Shown: positions 12,880 through 27,000 of the stretch, in pieces
Layout of the letters: each line of letters opens with the position of its first letter
Position numbering within the stretch: the stretch's first letter is position 1
From: Squalus acanthias
Lineage: Eukaryota
Direction of reading: 5' to 3'
Assembly (NCBI GenBank): GCA_030390025.1
Contig: JASTWF010000033.1
Span: forward strand, 2,668,001-2,732,000
Length of the DNA: 64,000 bases
The notes under the pieces: generated by a model
Told to the model about the DNA's origin: nothing
Seen by the model: only the letters and a program-made list of their open reading frames with translations
The model's database searches: none
Translations under genes and position numbers: made by a program

Positions 12880-13778
12880 TTATTGAAATAATTTCCCATT
12901 TAGTGAAAACAGATATTTCATCCCACTCTTCAGCTCCTCTCTGAATTTATTCTGAGTTAGTCCATAGATACACGTGTTTGTACATGAACAAAGAAGCTGC
13001 AGCATGAATCCAACCTGCTGAACCCTGTACACCGGTGTAATGAGATATTTGTCTGTATAATTATAGTTTTCCACTGGCCACATTATTGAATGCACTACAT
13101 ATACCATCCATAAGAGTATAAAATTGCCAGATAGAGCGAACAGCAATATCATGGATTTTCTCCGGTTCTCCATCTCTCGGTCATTCTGATTCTCACTGTT
13201 GCTCCGGAGTCCCCTGCGGACTCTATTTGCTGCTAAAATGTGTCTGACCGTTAGAGTATTGAACAACAGAATTACAAAGATCGGCAATAAAGGGGTTAAA
13301 ATACTGTCAATCCACTCATATGTCCTCCACAAGGGCGTAGTACCGAAGTTTGTCTTTGGAACACAATACCACGGAACTTGGTCAATTATAAAGTAAGGCT
13401 GGTATATAAAGTAAAAGGGGACACTTCTAACACAGCTCACCAGGCACACGGCTGCGATAACCACAGTCGCAGCTCTCTGAGTGCAATATTTTGCTTTGAG
13501 CTTCTGACAGCAAATGGCTATAAATCGATCAAAGGTGAAAGCGACCGTAAACCATACCGAACAGTTAATGGATGCAATGCACAGAACAGTTAATAGAGAG
13601 CACACAGGAGTGATGAACAAGAAACTAACAGGAAAATACATATTATTAATGCGATTCAGAATTACGTCAGTGACAACCACCGTCAGATCGGCCGCTGCCA
13701 TTCCCACCAGGTAGCGAGTGATGCATTTGGAGAGACCGCACTTTCCTCGGGACAGGATCACAATGGCCACCAAGTTAA
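12880..13778 (-). CDS. GPR139/GPR142-like orphan class A GPCR, exon 2 (intact; joins exon 1 at 20707-20638 to give 322 aa)
   Basis: Acceptor TTTCTTACAG lies immediately upstream on the minus strand (CAG = 13781-13779). The 899-nt exon is open to TAA at 12880. Motifs NLVAIVIL, AAADL, FTFDRFIAIC, LTPLLP, ENRRKS, FILLW and NTCIY are present. 70+899 = 969 nt, in frame. Confidence 0.93.
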
Positions 13779-15042
13779 CTGTAAGAAATACGGATAAAAT
13801 AAAGGACCTTCGACTTTGCAAACTCTTCAGTTTAGCAGAACCTCGTGTGTTAATTACAGCCTGGTTGCTATCTGCCGTTGGGAAAGGAATTTTTCACTCG
13901 TAGACGCGCATTTCTTTTCATATTATGAAAGTAACCAACAAATTGCTAAAATCAGGAAATAGAGAAACGGGAATATTTTTTTTAAATGAGCTCGATAAAA
14001 TTCACTGCAGACCAAGACAGATTAACTTCAAATGGACTGTACAAATAATGTTAATAAGTAAAATGCCTAAAGACTGTGATGATTACAGTGAAAAGCAATA
14101 ACAATTAATTACACAAAGTTATAATAACTTGAGTGGATAAGAAAATATTTTATTTGAAATGACTAGATTATTGTGACTTGTCAGTGATGTGAAATAAAAA
14201 ATAAAGCCACAACATCAATAACGAACTATAAGATTATCGTGTTGGGGAATGAAATGAAACAAAATAAATTCATAAACAATTGCCGAGTTAAATAAGAGGA
14301 GTGCCGTTACCGAGAGTAAAATTATTAACGTTTGCGAGATTACACTAAAGGCAAGATATAAAGCATCAAAAGCCAAGAATGTATTCAGAGATGAGCATTA
14401 TGTAAGAGTCAGCAGTACAGAATCAATAATCAATTGAACGTTGATGTTAAAAAATTTATAATAACGTTTTGGAAAGCTACACGCACAGGGACAAATAAAG
14501 CAACAGTAACAAATAATAATTTGAGACAAGAAGTAACATTAAAAGCAATAGAAATATCGTGGAATTGTGAAATTCTTATATGTAGGAAGTGTAAAAAAAT
14601 ACAAACAACAGAGAATCAAAGAGAAAATGCTGCAAACACTCAGCAGGCCGGGCAGTTTGGTGGACAGAGGAGAGGAGGCAAAGTGTGTGCTGCAGAGCCG
14701 GGATGGTGGGAAAGATTGTCTGACAGGTAATCAAACATCAATGAACTGCGGGAACAGTGACAGAAATCTAAAGAAATGAAATTCAATAAAGAATCAGCAG
14801 CTCACAGTGACGAGACAAATGAAACAGGAATATCGGTAAAGATGTTGCAAAGAACAATACATTCCACAAGTTTAGACAATGAACACAGTGATACATTAAT
14901 TAAAGAAAAGCGTTTAAAAAAATAAAAAGTGGCATATTGATTTGAGTGGTTGCAAGAAAGTAGCAATAGATCAGAAACAGCAAATACAAATTATGAAAAC
15001 ATAGTATTCTGAAATTATAACAAAATCAACAATGATTTCAGG

Positions 15043-18000
15043 CATAGAAACATGGAAACATAGAAGATAAGAGCAGGAGTAGGCCATTCGGCCCCTCGAG
15101 CCTGCTCCAACATTCAATGAGATCATGGCTGATCATCCAAATTCAGTACCCTGTCCCTGCTTTCTCCCCATATCCCTTGATCCCCTTAGCCTTAAGAAAT
15201 ATATTTAACTCCTTCTTGAATATATTTAATGAATTGAATTCAATGGTCTTCTGTGGAAGGGAATTCCACAGCTTCACCACTCTCTGGGTGAAGAAATTCC
15301 TCCTCATCTTAGTCCTAAATGGCTTCCCCCTTATCTTTAGACTGTGACCCCTGGTTCTGGACTGCCCCGCCATCGGGAACATCCTTCCTGCATCTAGTCT
15401 GTCTAGTCCTGTTAGAATTTTTTAAGTTTCAATGAGATCCCCTCTCATTCTTCTAAACTCTAGCGAATACAAGCTCAATCGATCCAATCTCTCTTCATAC
15501 GAAATTCCTGCCATCCCAGCTATCAGTCTGGTGAATCTTCGCTGCACTCCCTCCATGGCAAGAACTTCGTTCCTCAGATAAGGCGACCAAAACTGCATAC
15601 AATACTCAAGCTTTGGTCTTACCAAGGCCCTGTACAACTGCAGCAAGACATCCTTGCTCCTGTACTCGAATCCTCTCGCTATGAAGGCCAACATACCTTT
15701 TGGCTTCTTAACCGCCTTCTGCACCTGCATGCTTACCTTTAACGACTGGTGCACAAGGACACCCAGGTCTCGTTGCACTTCCCATTTTCCCAATCTTTTG
15801 CCGTTCAGATAATAATCTGCCTTCCTGTTTTTGCCACCAAAGTGGATAACCTCCCATTTATCAACATTATACTGCATCTGCCATGCTTCTGCCCAATCAC
15901 CTAACCTGTCCAAATCATACTGGAGTTTCTCTGCATCCTCCGCACAGCACACACGCCCACCCAGCTTTATGTCATCTTCAAACTTGGAGATATTACATCT
16001 AGCTCCCTCGTCTAGATCATTAATATATATTGTGAATAACTGGGGCCCTAGCACCGATCCCTGCGGTCCCCCACTAGTCACTGCCTACCACTCGGAAAAT
16101 GACCCATTTATTCCAACTCGGTGCTTCCTGTCTTCCAACCAGTTCTCTATCCAAGACAGTACATTACCCCCAATCCCATGTGCTTTAAATTTGCACGCTA
16201 ATCTCTTATGCGGGACCTTATCGAAAGCCATCTGAAAGTCCAAATACACCATATCCAATGGTTCAACTTATCTGTTCTACTAGTTACATCCTCAAAAATT
16301 CCAGTAGATTAGTCAAGCATGATTTACCTTTTTTAAATCTATGTTGACTTTGTCCGATCCTGTCACTGTTTTTCAAGTGCTCTGCTATTACATCTTTTAT
16401 AATGGACTCCAGCATTTTCCCAAATATCCATGTCAAGGCTTACCGATCTATAATTCGCCGTTTTCTCTCTACCACCTTTTTTAAATAGTGGGGTTACATT
16501 AACTATTCTCCAATCCATGGGAACAGTTCCAGAATCTATAAAATTTTGGAAGATGACCAGCAATGCATTTACTATTTCAAGGGCCACATCCTTAAGTACC
16601 CTAGGATGTAAATTATCAGGCCCACCGGTTTTATCGGCCTTCAATCCTGTCAATTACACTCACACCATTTCCCTCCAAATACTGATTTCATTCAGTTCCT
16701 CCCTCTCATTAGAACCTATGTTCCCTGACATCTCTGGGAGGTTATTTGTGTCCTCCTTTTTGAAGACAGAAGCAATGTATGTATTTAATAGATCAGCCAT
16801 TTCTTTGTTCCCCATTATAAATGCCCCTCATTCTGACTGCAAGGGACCTACACTTGACATCACCAATCTTTTTTTCTTCTCTTATATATAGAAGCTTTTA
16901 CAGTCAGTTTTTATGTTCCCTGCAAGCTAACTCTCATACTCTACTTTCCCCCTCTTAATTAATCCCTTTGTCCTCCTTTGCTGAATCCTAAACTGCTCCC
17001 AATCCTCAGGTTTGCTGCTTTTTCTGGCCAATGTATATGTCCTCTCCTTGGATCTTATGATATCCCTAATTTCCCTTGTTAGCCACGTTTGATTCACCTT
17101 TTTTGTTTTATTTTTATGCCAAACAGGGATGAACAAATTCTGCAGTTCATCCATGCGATCGTTAAATGTTTGCCATTGCCTATCCACCGTCAGCTCTTTA
17201 AGTAACGTTCCCCAATCTATCGTAGCCAACTCGCGCCTCATACCATCATAGTTTCCTTTATTTAACTTCAGGACCTTAGTCTCTGAGTCAACTACTTCAC
17301 TCTCCATCTTAATGAAGAATTCTATCATATTATGATCGCTCCTCCCCAAGGGGGCCTCTCACAACAGGATTGCTAATTAATCCTTTCTTGTTACATAATA
17401 CCCAGTCCAAGATGGCCTGATCTCTAGTTGATTCCTCGAAATATTGGTCCAGGTAACCACCCGTATACTCTCTAGGAATATCTCCTCCACAGTATTTTTA
17501 CTAATTTGGTTAGCCCAATCTATATGTAGATTAAAGTCACCCATGATAACTGCTGTGCCCTTATTGCACTCGTATCTAATTTCCCGTTCAATGCCATCCC
17601 CAAACTCAGCATTACTGTTTGACGGTCTGTATAAAACTCCCACTAACATTTTCTTCCCCTTGGTTTTTCTCAGCTCTACCCATACCGATTCCACATCATA
17701 AGACCTAATATCCTTCCTTACTATTGTGTTAATCTCCTCTTTAACCAGCAATGCTACACCACCTCCTTTTCCTTTTTGCCTGTCCTTCCTGAATATTGAA
17801 GACCCCTGGATGTTGAATTCCCAGCCTTAGTCACCCTGGAGCCATGTCTCCATCTTCCCAATTATATCATATCCGTTTACATCTATTTGCGCAGCTAATT
17901 CATCCACCTTATTGCGAATGCTCCTTGCATTAAGACACAGAGCCTTCAGGCTTATTTTTTAAACACTCTTAGACCATTTAGAATTATTGCTTACTGTGGC

Positions 18001-19501
18001 CATGTTTGATTTACACCCTTGATTTCTCTGCCTTCCACTTTTGCTTTTCTCCTTCCTGTCTTTTGTTTCTATCCTTGCTTCCCTTTCCTATGTCTCCCTG
18101 CACAATTTCCCAATCCCCTGCCATTTTTGTTTAAACCCTCCCCAACAGCACGAGCAAACACTCTCCCTCGGACATCGGTCTCGGTCCTGCCCAGGTGCAA
18201 ACCGTCCAGTTTGTACTGTTCCCACCTCCCGCAGAACCGGTTCCAATGTCCCAGGAATTTGAATCACTCCCCCTTGCACCATTCTTCTAGCCACGTATGC
18301 AGCTGAAATATCCTTATATTTCTACTCTGCTTAGTACGTGGCACTGGTAGCAATCCTGACATTACTTCCTTTGAGGTCCTATTTTTTAATTTACCTCCTA
18401 ACACCCAATATTCAGCTTTTAGGACATCATGCCGTTTTTTACCTGTATCGTTGGTACCTATCTGCACCACGACAACTGGCTGTTCACCATCACCCTCCAG
18501 GATGCCCTGCAACAGCTCCAAGAAATCCTTGATCCTTGCCCCAGGGAGGCAACATACCATCTGGAATCTCGTTTTCGGCCACAGAAACGGCTATCTATTC
18601 CCCTTACAATAGAATGCCCATATCACTATAGCTCTCCCACTCTTTTTCCTCCCCTCCTGTGCTGCAGAACCACCCATGGTGCCAGGATGTTGGTTGCTGC
18701 TGCCTTCCCACGATAGGCCATCCCCCTCAACAATAAATAAAGTGGTATATCTGTTTGAGAGGGGGATGGGCACAGGGAACACCTGCACTACCTGCCTGTG
18801 CCTACTACTCTGCCTGGCGGTAACCCATTCCCTTCCTGCCTGTGCAGCCTTTACCTGCGGTGTGACCAAATCATTAAGTGTGATATTCTCGACGTCCTCA
18901 GCATCGCGAATGCTCCAGTATGCTCCAGCGCCGCAATGCGGTCTGCCAGTAGCTGCAGCTGGATACACTTCCTGCACACATGGCAGTCAGGGACTCTTGA
19001 AGTGTCCCTGATTTCCCACATCACGCAGGAGGAGCATTCCACGGGGCCGAGCTGTGCTGCCAAGACTTACCATTTAACTAATTTAAATTAAATTGCATCA
19101 AATCAATACCACCAATTACACTACAAGAAAATGTTATACTCAAGGGCCCTTGTTTACTCGCTCTCCCCGCTACACAACAGAGAACTTAGAAACTATAACC
19201 ACAAAATTAAGAACATCTAAACTTGATAAACTTTTAAACTTAACTGTCAAACTATAGAGTGGTATAAATACTCACTAGGCCGTACTCACCCTGCTGGTTC
19301 CTCTTGCCCGCGTCAATTTTTGAATCGTGACGTGGCTGTGGAAAGCCGCCGCCGGTCTGTGAGATTGGTAAACCAATGTAAAAAACCCGCGAAAGTGAGT
19401 TTAAATACTTACTGTTCTCTCCTGTTGCTCCCGACACCGGCCTCTGTAAAAAAGCCCGCGAAAGTGAGTTTAAATACTCACTGATCTCTCCTGTTGCTCC
19501 G
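15043..19501 (-). mobile_element. Near full-length CR1 LINE (5' UTR, ORF1 zinc-finger/esterase, ORF2 EN-RT, 3' tail), disrupted, inside the GPCR intron
   Basis: RT 15422..16081 (PQGSVLGPQLFTIYINDL), EN 17377..17751 (IMGDFN) and 16927..17349 (SDHNM), ORF1 18264..19063. The 3' tail reads CATAGAAACAT on the + strand. Possible 5-bp TSD GGCAT at 15041-15045 and 19502-19506. Confidence 0.93.
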
Positions 19502-20637
19502 GGCATTATATCAAAAGGAAAAAATAAAATAATAACATGAAATAATGAATTGAGATGTCACATTAAAAGTGAAATTCTAGCCGTATTGATCGTGTATTAT
19601 CAGATGAAAACTGACTTCAATACAAAGGAAACCAGCCTTGCGAATATCGGGAGGCCGATCCGCCACCCTCAGCTTTGCGACCCAGTCGAAGTTGAATTTC
19701 ACCCCACAGTATTAATCGTGTGCAATGCACACTGGCCCAATGGACGGAGATATTAAATTAAACATTATTTATGTTAAGGTTTGTGTTTCTGCAAAATTTT
19801 ACACGAATTTACAAGCCGAAAAATTAAGAATATTTTTTCAGTGCCATAATGTTTGTTCAGCAGATAATACCCTATTACTCCCCAGTTACATCTAGTCCAA
19901 CAAGGCCTAACTTTTAATGGGGTATTTAAAAGCGATATTAACACGGAAAACTCCAAGTTTTTCTGAGTTTCAATTTCACTGATTACACTGTTTGCCGGTT
20001 GTGGGGGCCGGGCACAGCGCCGCCTGCGTCGAAGCAGTGAATGACAGCGCAAGTTCAGGATTTCTGCGATTGATGCGCATGAGCTACATCCTGACCTTGC
20101 TTTCAGTTTCAAAGGAGTAATGACAGCAGACGCTGATAGTTGGCTATATTACTCACTACAAATTCTGGGGCGATACCACAGATTCTCCGCGGTACACCCG
20201 GTGCAGCGACTTTCTAGTTCCATGGCAAGTATTGGTAGAAACCAGCAAGTAGAAGTTTATTAATTACACTACACAACTGACATTATAACACGCTGCCCTG
20301 TGAATGAAGAAATATGTGATCACGACTGGAATGGGTTCGATCTGGTTATTCTTGCAGCCAGTTGAAAAACCGGATTACTTTCAGTGTGACATAATTCAGT
20401 ATAAATGCATTGAATTCGAACGATTTCACTTTCAAAGGGCTCAACCATATAAGCAAAAACGGGAACGCGAGTACAGCGAGAATGATTTCTTGGCCTCTAC
20501 ATTTCAATGATCTAGCTGAATAGAAGATTGTGTAGAAAACAAATTGGGACAAAGCTACCACAGCACTGGCGACGCTGCAGGAGCGGTCATCATTACATAG
20601 CGTTTTACACCATTAATAGCAGGCTTTAATATCTTAC

Positions 20638-20707
20638 CGGTGACTCCAAAGGTTGCAAGCACAGGGTAGTAAAGGCGTTCGATCTGATATAATACGGGAT
20701 ATCCCAT
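20638..20707 (-). CDS. GPR139/GPR142-like GPCR, exon 1 (MGYPVLYQIERLYYPVLATFGVT), phase-1 intron
   Basis: ATG at 20707, 70 nt long, followed by donor GTAAG (20637-20633). Homologous 70-nt exons occur at 38601 and 61233. Confidence 0.9.
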
Positions 20708-21129
20708 TTTCTGCGAGAAACAGCGATATCTGTGGTGCCGAAAAGAAGGATGCAAATAACCAAATATTACGATTAGTTCAAAGGAATCAGACTTATTCCC
20801 GAGGAAAACTTCCACGGAGCCAATTCTCTGGAATATACCATCAGTGATATTAGTTACATTCGGTTTAACAACAAGATTCAGTAAACCATTTAGACTCCTC
20901 TTTTATTATGCAATGGAATATATTATTATCAGTATTCAAACACATAAGATTTATTATTGTTTTCTATTTATTCACAATAAATAAAAATAAAACTCTGTTC
21001 CCGAAGCACTAGTGTTGAATTATGGGGAAGTCTTATTTATAGGCTGCATTTTAATTATCACATGGGCAATCCTGTCAATTCTGTAGTTACTAATCCAGAA
21101 TTTGCACTGAAAGTAGTGTAATTGCAGAA

Positions 21130-22350
21130 TGGAGATCAATCAGGCTACGTTACAGAAACAGAGTGTGGAAGGTAAGGGTAACGACTCAAGGCCAAGGGTG
21201 GGCCGTGATGTTCCACAGGGATCGGTGCTGGGACCAGTGTTGCTCATCGATTACATCAACGATTTGGACTCAGGAATCAGAAGTCAAATTTCAAAAACTG
21301 CGTCTGACACCAAATTTCGTGTTATTATTAATAATTAGGAATGATGTGTAACAACAGAAGACAGGATTAGAACAGAAATAGGAGCAGGCGTTGTCCACAC
21401 GGCGCTCGAGCTTGCTCCGCCATTCAATAACATCATGGCTGATCTTTCTCCTCAACTCAACTTTCCCGCCCTATCTCCATATCCCTTGATTAAGTAAGAG
21501 TTCAAGAGGAATGATTAAACTTGAGGAATGGGCGTGTCATTGGCAAACGAATTCCAATATAGGTAAGTGAAAAGCGGTGCATGTTGTTAGGAAGATAAAG
21601 GAGACCACATACTGCTTGAATAATAAGAGTCTAAATGAGGTAGTAGAGCAAAGGAATTTTGCGCAACAGATAAAAAAAATCACTAAATATAGCGGCACAG
21701 GTCCATCATGTCATAACAAAAGTAAAACAAGCACCAGGTTTCATTTCCAGGCAGATAGAATATTAAGCATGTATCGAACATTGGCCAGACCATATTTGGA
21801 GCATTGTGCACCGCTCCGATCTTATTATTATAGAAATTCTATACAAGCACTGTAAATAAGATTCAAAAACATTGACAATTATGATAACAGAACAGATGGG
21901 ATATACTTATCAGCAAAACCTGAAAAGGATGGGTCTCTTTTCACTATAAACTAGAAGGCTGAGTGGTGACCTGATAGATGTGGTTAAGATTATGAAGGAA
22001 TTTGAGAGGGTAGACGGAGAACATGGTTCCACTTGTGAGGAGTCTAAAACTAGCGGTCATTAATATAAGATAGTCACGGTTAAAACCAATTGGTCAAATC
22101 AAGGGAAAATTCTATCCGCAAATAGTGGTAAGAATATGGAACGAGGCCTCCCAAGAATTAGTTCATTATAATAGTGGAGATGCATTTAAGGGAAAGCTAG
22201 ATAAGCACATGAAATAGTAAGGCATAGAAGGATAGGCTTATAGGGTTAGAGGAAGTGGTTGTGGGGAGGCTTGTGTGGAGCATAAACGCCGACATTGACC
22301 AGTTGGGCGGAATGGTGTGTTCTGTGCTGTAGACTGTATGTAATGCCATG
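21130..22350 (+). mobile_element. Degraded CR1 3' portion, with a short antisense CR1 tail nested at about 21365-21495
   Basis: ORF 21129..21338 contains VPQGSVLGPVLLIDYINDL. ORF 21577..21855 contains YRTLARPYLEHC. A CR1-like 3' end lies near 22290-22350. Confidence 0.75.
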
Positions 22351-22789
22351 GAATTATATGATTCAAAGAGGCAACTGGAGGCCGAGCAAGTGTGTGAGAT
22401 TAGGAGGAAGAAAAGGAAAAACACACGGAGGAGCTGGAGGCGTGTTACAGAAAGACGGTTTGGTAAAGTGGACAAACTGTAACAATGGATGAGGAGACAG
22501 AGGATTCAATGCAGCGCGAGGAGTGGCTGGGATCCACAGTGAGAGACTGCTGCAGAGTGTTCGATGAAGTCTAACCTACAGGTCCCACTAACACAACTCA
22601 ATGAATCAAATTAATCATTACTTTATCTGGTTATTGTTGGTCGGAAACAGCTCGTGTGTATAAAAGGACTTAATTACATCCCTTTTGCATGTTCAATTAA
22701 AATTTAATTAAAATGTATTATTGAAAACCATTCTTTTCTTCATCAAATTCAGCTGACGGTGCTTTTAAAATACAATAGCTTAATCAGAG

Positions 22790-23560
22790 AATCAGAGAAT
22801 CATAGGATGTTGCGGCACATATGGAGTCCAATCGGCTCATTGTGCCTGTGCTGGCTCTTTGGTAGAGCTATTCAATTAATATCACTCCCCTTCTCTTTTA
22901 ACTAGTCCTGTAAATTTTTCCCTTCAATTATTCATCCAATTTTCTCAGGAATGTTACGATTGATTCTGCTTCCTCCAAACTTTCAGGCATTATATTCCAA
23001 ATCACAGTAGCTCGATGTGTAAAAATATGTTTCCTCACATCGCCTTTGGTTCTATTGCCAATCACCTTATATATTTGTTCCCCAGTTACTGACTCTTAAG
23101 CCACTGGATCCAGTTTCTGCTTATTTACTCTACCAATACCATTCTTGACTTTGTACTCCACTCTCAACTCGCATTCTAACCTTCTCTTCTCTACAGACAA
23201 CATCCTCAGCTTCTTCCGTTTCTCCACATAAACAAAGTCACTCACGAACTACCTCCTCTTTGAAGGCCATGTCAGGTCCAATTACTGTTTTGCCAGACAA
23301 TTTTTGAATACAAGCCGCCTGGACCAGACCCTTTTTCTCCTTATTAAAGCTAGCCCTCTTCCAGTTAAGAATATTTAAGCTTGATTTGAACTTGTCCCGT
23401 TTCATAGCTATTCTAAACCGGAACATATTCTGATCACTGTTCCCCAAATGCACTCCAACTGAAACATGCTCCAAATGCCCCATTTCATTTCCCAGAAGTC
23501 GATCCAGCATTGCTTCCTTCCTCGTTGGGCTGGAAGATTCTCTGTTGTCTCCTTCCCTGT
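22790..23560 (-). mobile_element. Degraded CR1 fragments
   Basis: ORF 23238..23510(-) contains HLGNSDQNMFRF (endonuclease SDH region). A CR1-like tail lies at about 22790-22870. Confidence 0.6.
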
Positions 23561-24014
23561 ATTTCCTGGCTTATTATATAAACTCTGTAGCGTAGTAGCT
23601 CCTCTATTGTTCCTTAATTCTAACCTAATAACACTGCTGTAGAAATTGGTCTCACACAGTGCCGCAAAGCGTGCGGTGTCGGATGGACTGCCGATTATAC
23701 TCAGAGCCAGATCGTGAGTTCCATAGACTGCAATGGAACTCAATATCATGCGCTGGGTATAACGGACGGCCGAGCAGATACCGCCCGATTTGTGCCACCG
23801 CCACGTACGAATTTTTAGGCCATTGTCTTTGTCCGTTCAACTGCATCATTAACCCCTGCCAAGGCAATAATAGGCTATTTTCGCAATACTGCCCACCCGT
23901 CGTTTACCTTTTCTATCTTTCTTGAATACGTTGTAGTCAGTAATAGTAACTTTCCATTACTCCCCTTCTTTGAAGCAGTCTCAATTATTGCCACTATATC
24001 TTACTCCAAGGGGC

Positions 24015-27000
24015 CAAATTAAAAAGCAGAACCTCGAGGGTAATAATCTCTGGATTACTACCTGAGCCACGAGCAAATTTGGCTAGGGGAAATAAAATCA
24101 TGGAGTTGAATGCGTGGCTCAAAAACTGGTGTGGGAAAAATGGGTTTTGCTTCTTGGGACACTGGCACCAGTACTGGGGCAGGAGAGAGCTGTTCCGTTG
24201 GGATGAACTTCACTTGGCCAGTGCTGGGACTAGTGTCCTGGCGAATCGAATAATTGGGCTGTGGAGAGGGCTTTAAACTAATTAGTGTGGGGGAGGTTTC
24301 AGGAGAGCAAAAAATAAAAATGACAACAGAGAGGGTCATAGACATAGGTAGCAGTAGGAGAATCACAAATCAGAGCGTGGCAGGAAGGGACAGAGTGTGT
24401 GGAGTAAAAGGTAAAGTGGTAAAAAATGAAAAAGCAGGAACTAAGTGCCACAAAGCATATTTGAAAGTTCTCTATCTGAATGCACGTAGCATTCGTAACA
24501 AAATAGACGAGTTAATGGCACAAATAACTACATATGGTTATGATATTGTGGCCATTACAGAAACATGGCTGCAGGGTGACAATACCTGGGAATTAAACAT
24601 AACAGGTTATTTAACGATCAGGAAGGACAGGCAGGAAGGAAGGGGAGGTGGGGTGGCTATGTTAATAAAAGGAAGGAAACACTGTAATACAGAGTAATGA
24701 TATTGGGTCAAAAAATCATGATAATGAAACAGTTTGGGTGGAGATAAGGAATAATAAGGGGAAAAAAACACTAGTGGGCGTAGTCTATAGGCCTCCGAAC
24801 AGTTGCAACTCTGTTGGACGGAGTATCAATCAGGAAATAGTTGAGGCATGTAATAAGGGAACATCTATAATTATGGGGGATTTTAACTATCATATTAATT
24901 GGACAAATCAAATGGGGCAGGGCTGCCTTGAGGATGAGTTCATTGAGTGTATTAGGGATGGGTTTCTTGAGCAGTATGTAACTGAACCGACCAGGGGGCA
25001 AGCAACCTTAGATCTGGTCCTGTGTAACGAGACAGGATTAATTAAAAATGTCCTAGTAAAGGATCCCCTTGGAATGAGTGACCATAACATGGTTGAATTC
25101 CATATTCAATTAGAGGGTGAGAAGGTTGGATCTCAAACAAGCGTGCTAAGCTTGAATAAAGGAGACTATGAAGGTATGCGAGCGGAATTGAGTAGAGTGG
25201 ATTGGGAAAATAGATTAAAGGGTAAGACGACACATGATCAGTGGTGTACATTCAAGGAGTTATTTTACAACTTCTAAAAAATATATATTCCACTGAAAAG
25301 AAAAGGGTGTAAAAGAAAGGACAGTCATCCGTGGCTAAGTAAAGAAATTAAGGATAGTATTCGACTAAAAACAAGGGCATATAAGGTAGCGAAATCTAGT
25401 GGGAGGACAGAGGATTGGGAAAACTTTAAAAGGCAGCAAAAAATAACAAAAAGATTGATTAAGAAAGGGAAGATAGATTATGAAAGTAAATTAGCAAAAA
25501 ATATAAAAACAGATAGTAAGATTTTTTATAGTTATATAAAAAGGAAAAGGGTGGCTAAAGTAAATGTTGGTCCCTTAGAGGATGAGACCGGGAAATTAAT
25601 GGTGGGAAATATGGAGATGGCAAAAACACTGAATGAATATTTTGTATCAGTCTTTACAGTAGAGGACTCTAAGAATATCCCAACACTGGACAAACAGGGG
25701 GCTATAGGGGGAGAGGAGCTAAACACGATCAAAATCACTAAGGAAGTGGTACTCGGTAAAATAATGGGACTCACGGCGGATAAATCACCTGGACCTGATG
25801 GCTTACATCCTAGAGTCTTGAAGGAAGTGGCGCTAGGAATTGTAGATGCATTGGTAATAATTTTTCAAAACTCCCTGGATTCCGCTAAGGTCCCGGCAGA
25901 CTGGAAAACGGCTAATGTAACACCCTTATTTAAAAAGGGCAGCAGACAGAAGGCTGGTAACTATAGACCGGTTAGCCTAACATCTGTGGTAGGTAAAATT
26001 TTGGAGTCCATTTTTAAGGAAACAGTAACAGGACATTTGGATAATCATAATTTAATAGGACAAAGTCAGCATGGTTTTACGAAAGGGAAGTCATGTTTGA
26101 CAAATTTGCTGGAGTTCTTTGAGGAAGTAACATATAGAGTGGATAAAGGGGAACCAGTGGACGTAGTGTATTTAGACTTCCAAAAGGCATTTGACAAGGT
26201 GCAACACAAAAGATTATTGCTTAAGGTAAAAAATCACGGGATTGGGGTAATATTCTGGCATGGATAGAGGATTGGCTATCTAACAGAAAGCAAAGAGGTG
26301 GGATAAATGGTTCATTCTCAGACTGGCAATCAGTAACTAGTGGTGTTCCACAGGGGTCAGTGCTGGGTCCCCAACTCTTTACAATCTATATTAACGATTT
26401 GGAGGAAGGGACCAAGTGTAACATATCAAAATTTGCAGATGATACAAAGATGGGAGGGGAAGTAATGAGTGAGGAGGACATAAAAAACCTGCAAGGGGAC
26501 ATAGACAGGCTAAGTAAGTGGGCAGAGATTTGGCAGATGGAATACAACACTGGAAAGTGTGAGGTGATGCACTTTGGCAGGAAAAATCCTAGAGCAATTT
26601 ATTATCTTAATGGCAAGAAACTGGAGAGTACTGAAGTGCAAAGGGATCTGGGGGTCCTGGTGCACGAAACTCAAAATGTTAGTATGCAGGTGCAGCAAGT
26701 GATTAAGAAGGCAAATGGAATGTTGGCTTTCATTGCTAGGGGGATAGAATATAAAAATAGGGAGGTATTGCTTCAGTTGTACAAGGTATTGGTGAGACCG
26801 CACCTGGAATACTGCATACAGTTTTGGTGTCCTTACTGAAGGAAAGACATCCTTGCTCTCGAGGCAGTGCAAAAAAGGTTCACTCGGTTAATCCCGGGGA
26901 TGAGGGGGTGGTCATATGAGGAGAGGTTGGGTAGATTGGGACTCTACTCATTGGAGTTCAGAAGAATGAGATGCGATCTTATTGAAACATATAAGATTGT

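Noticed and set aside
13779..13821. N-terminus MQSRRSFILSVFLT of ORF 12880..13821
   Set aside because: It is intronic read-through from a TTG. A splice acceptor precedes 13778 and the real start is in exon 1 at 20707.
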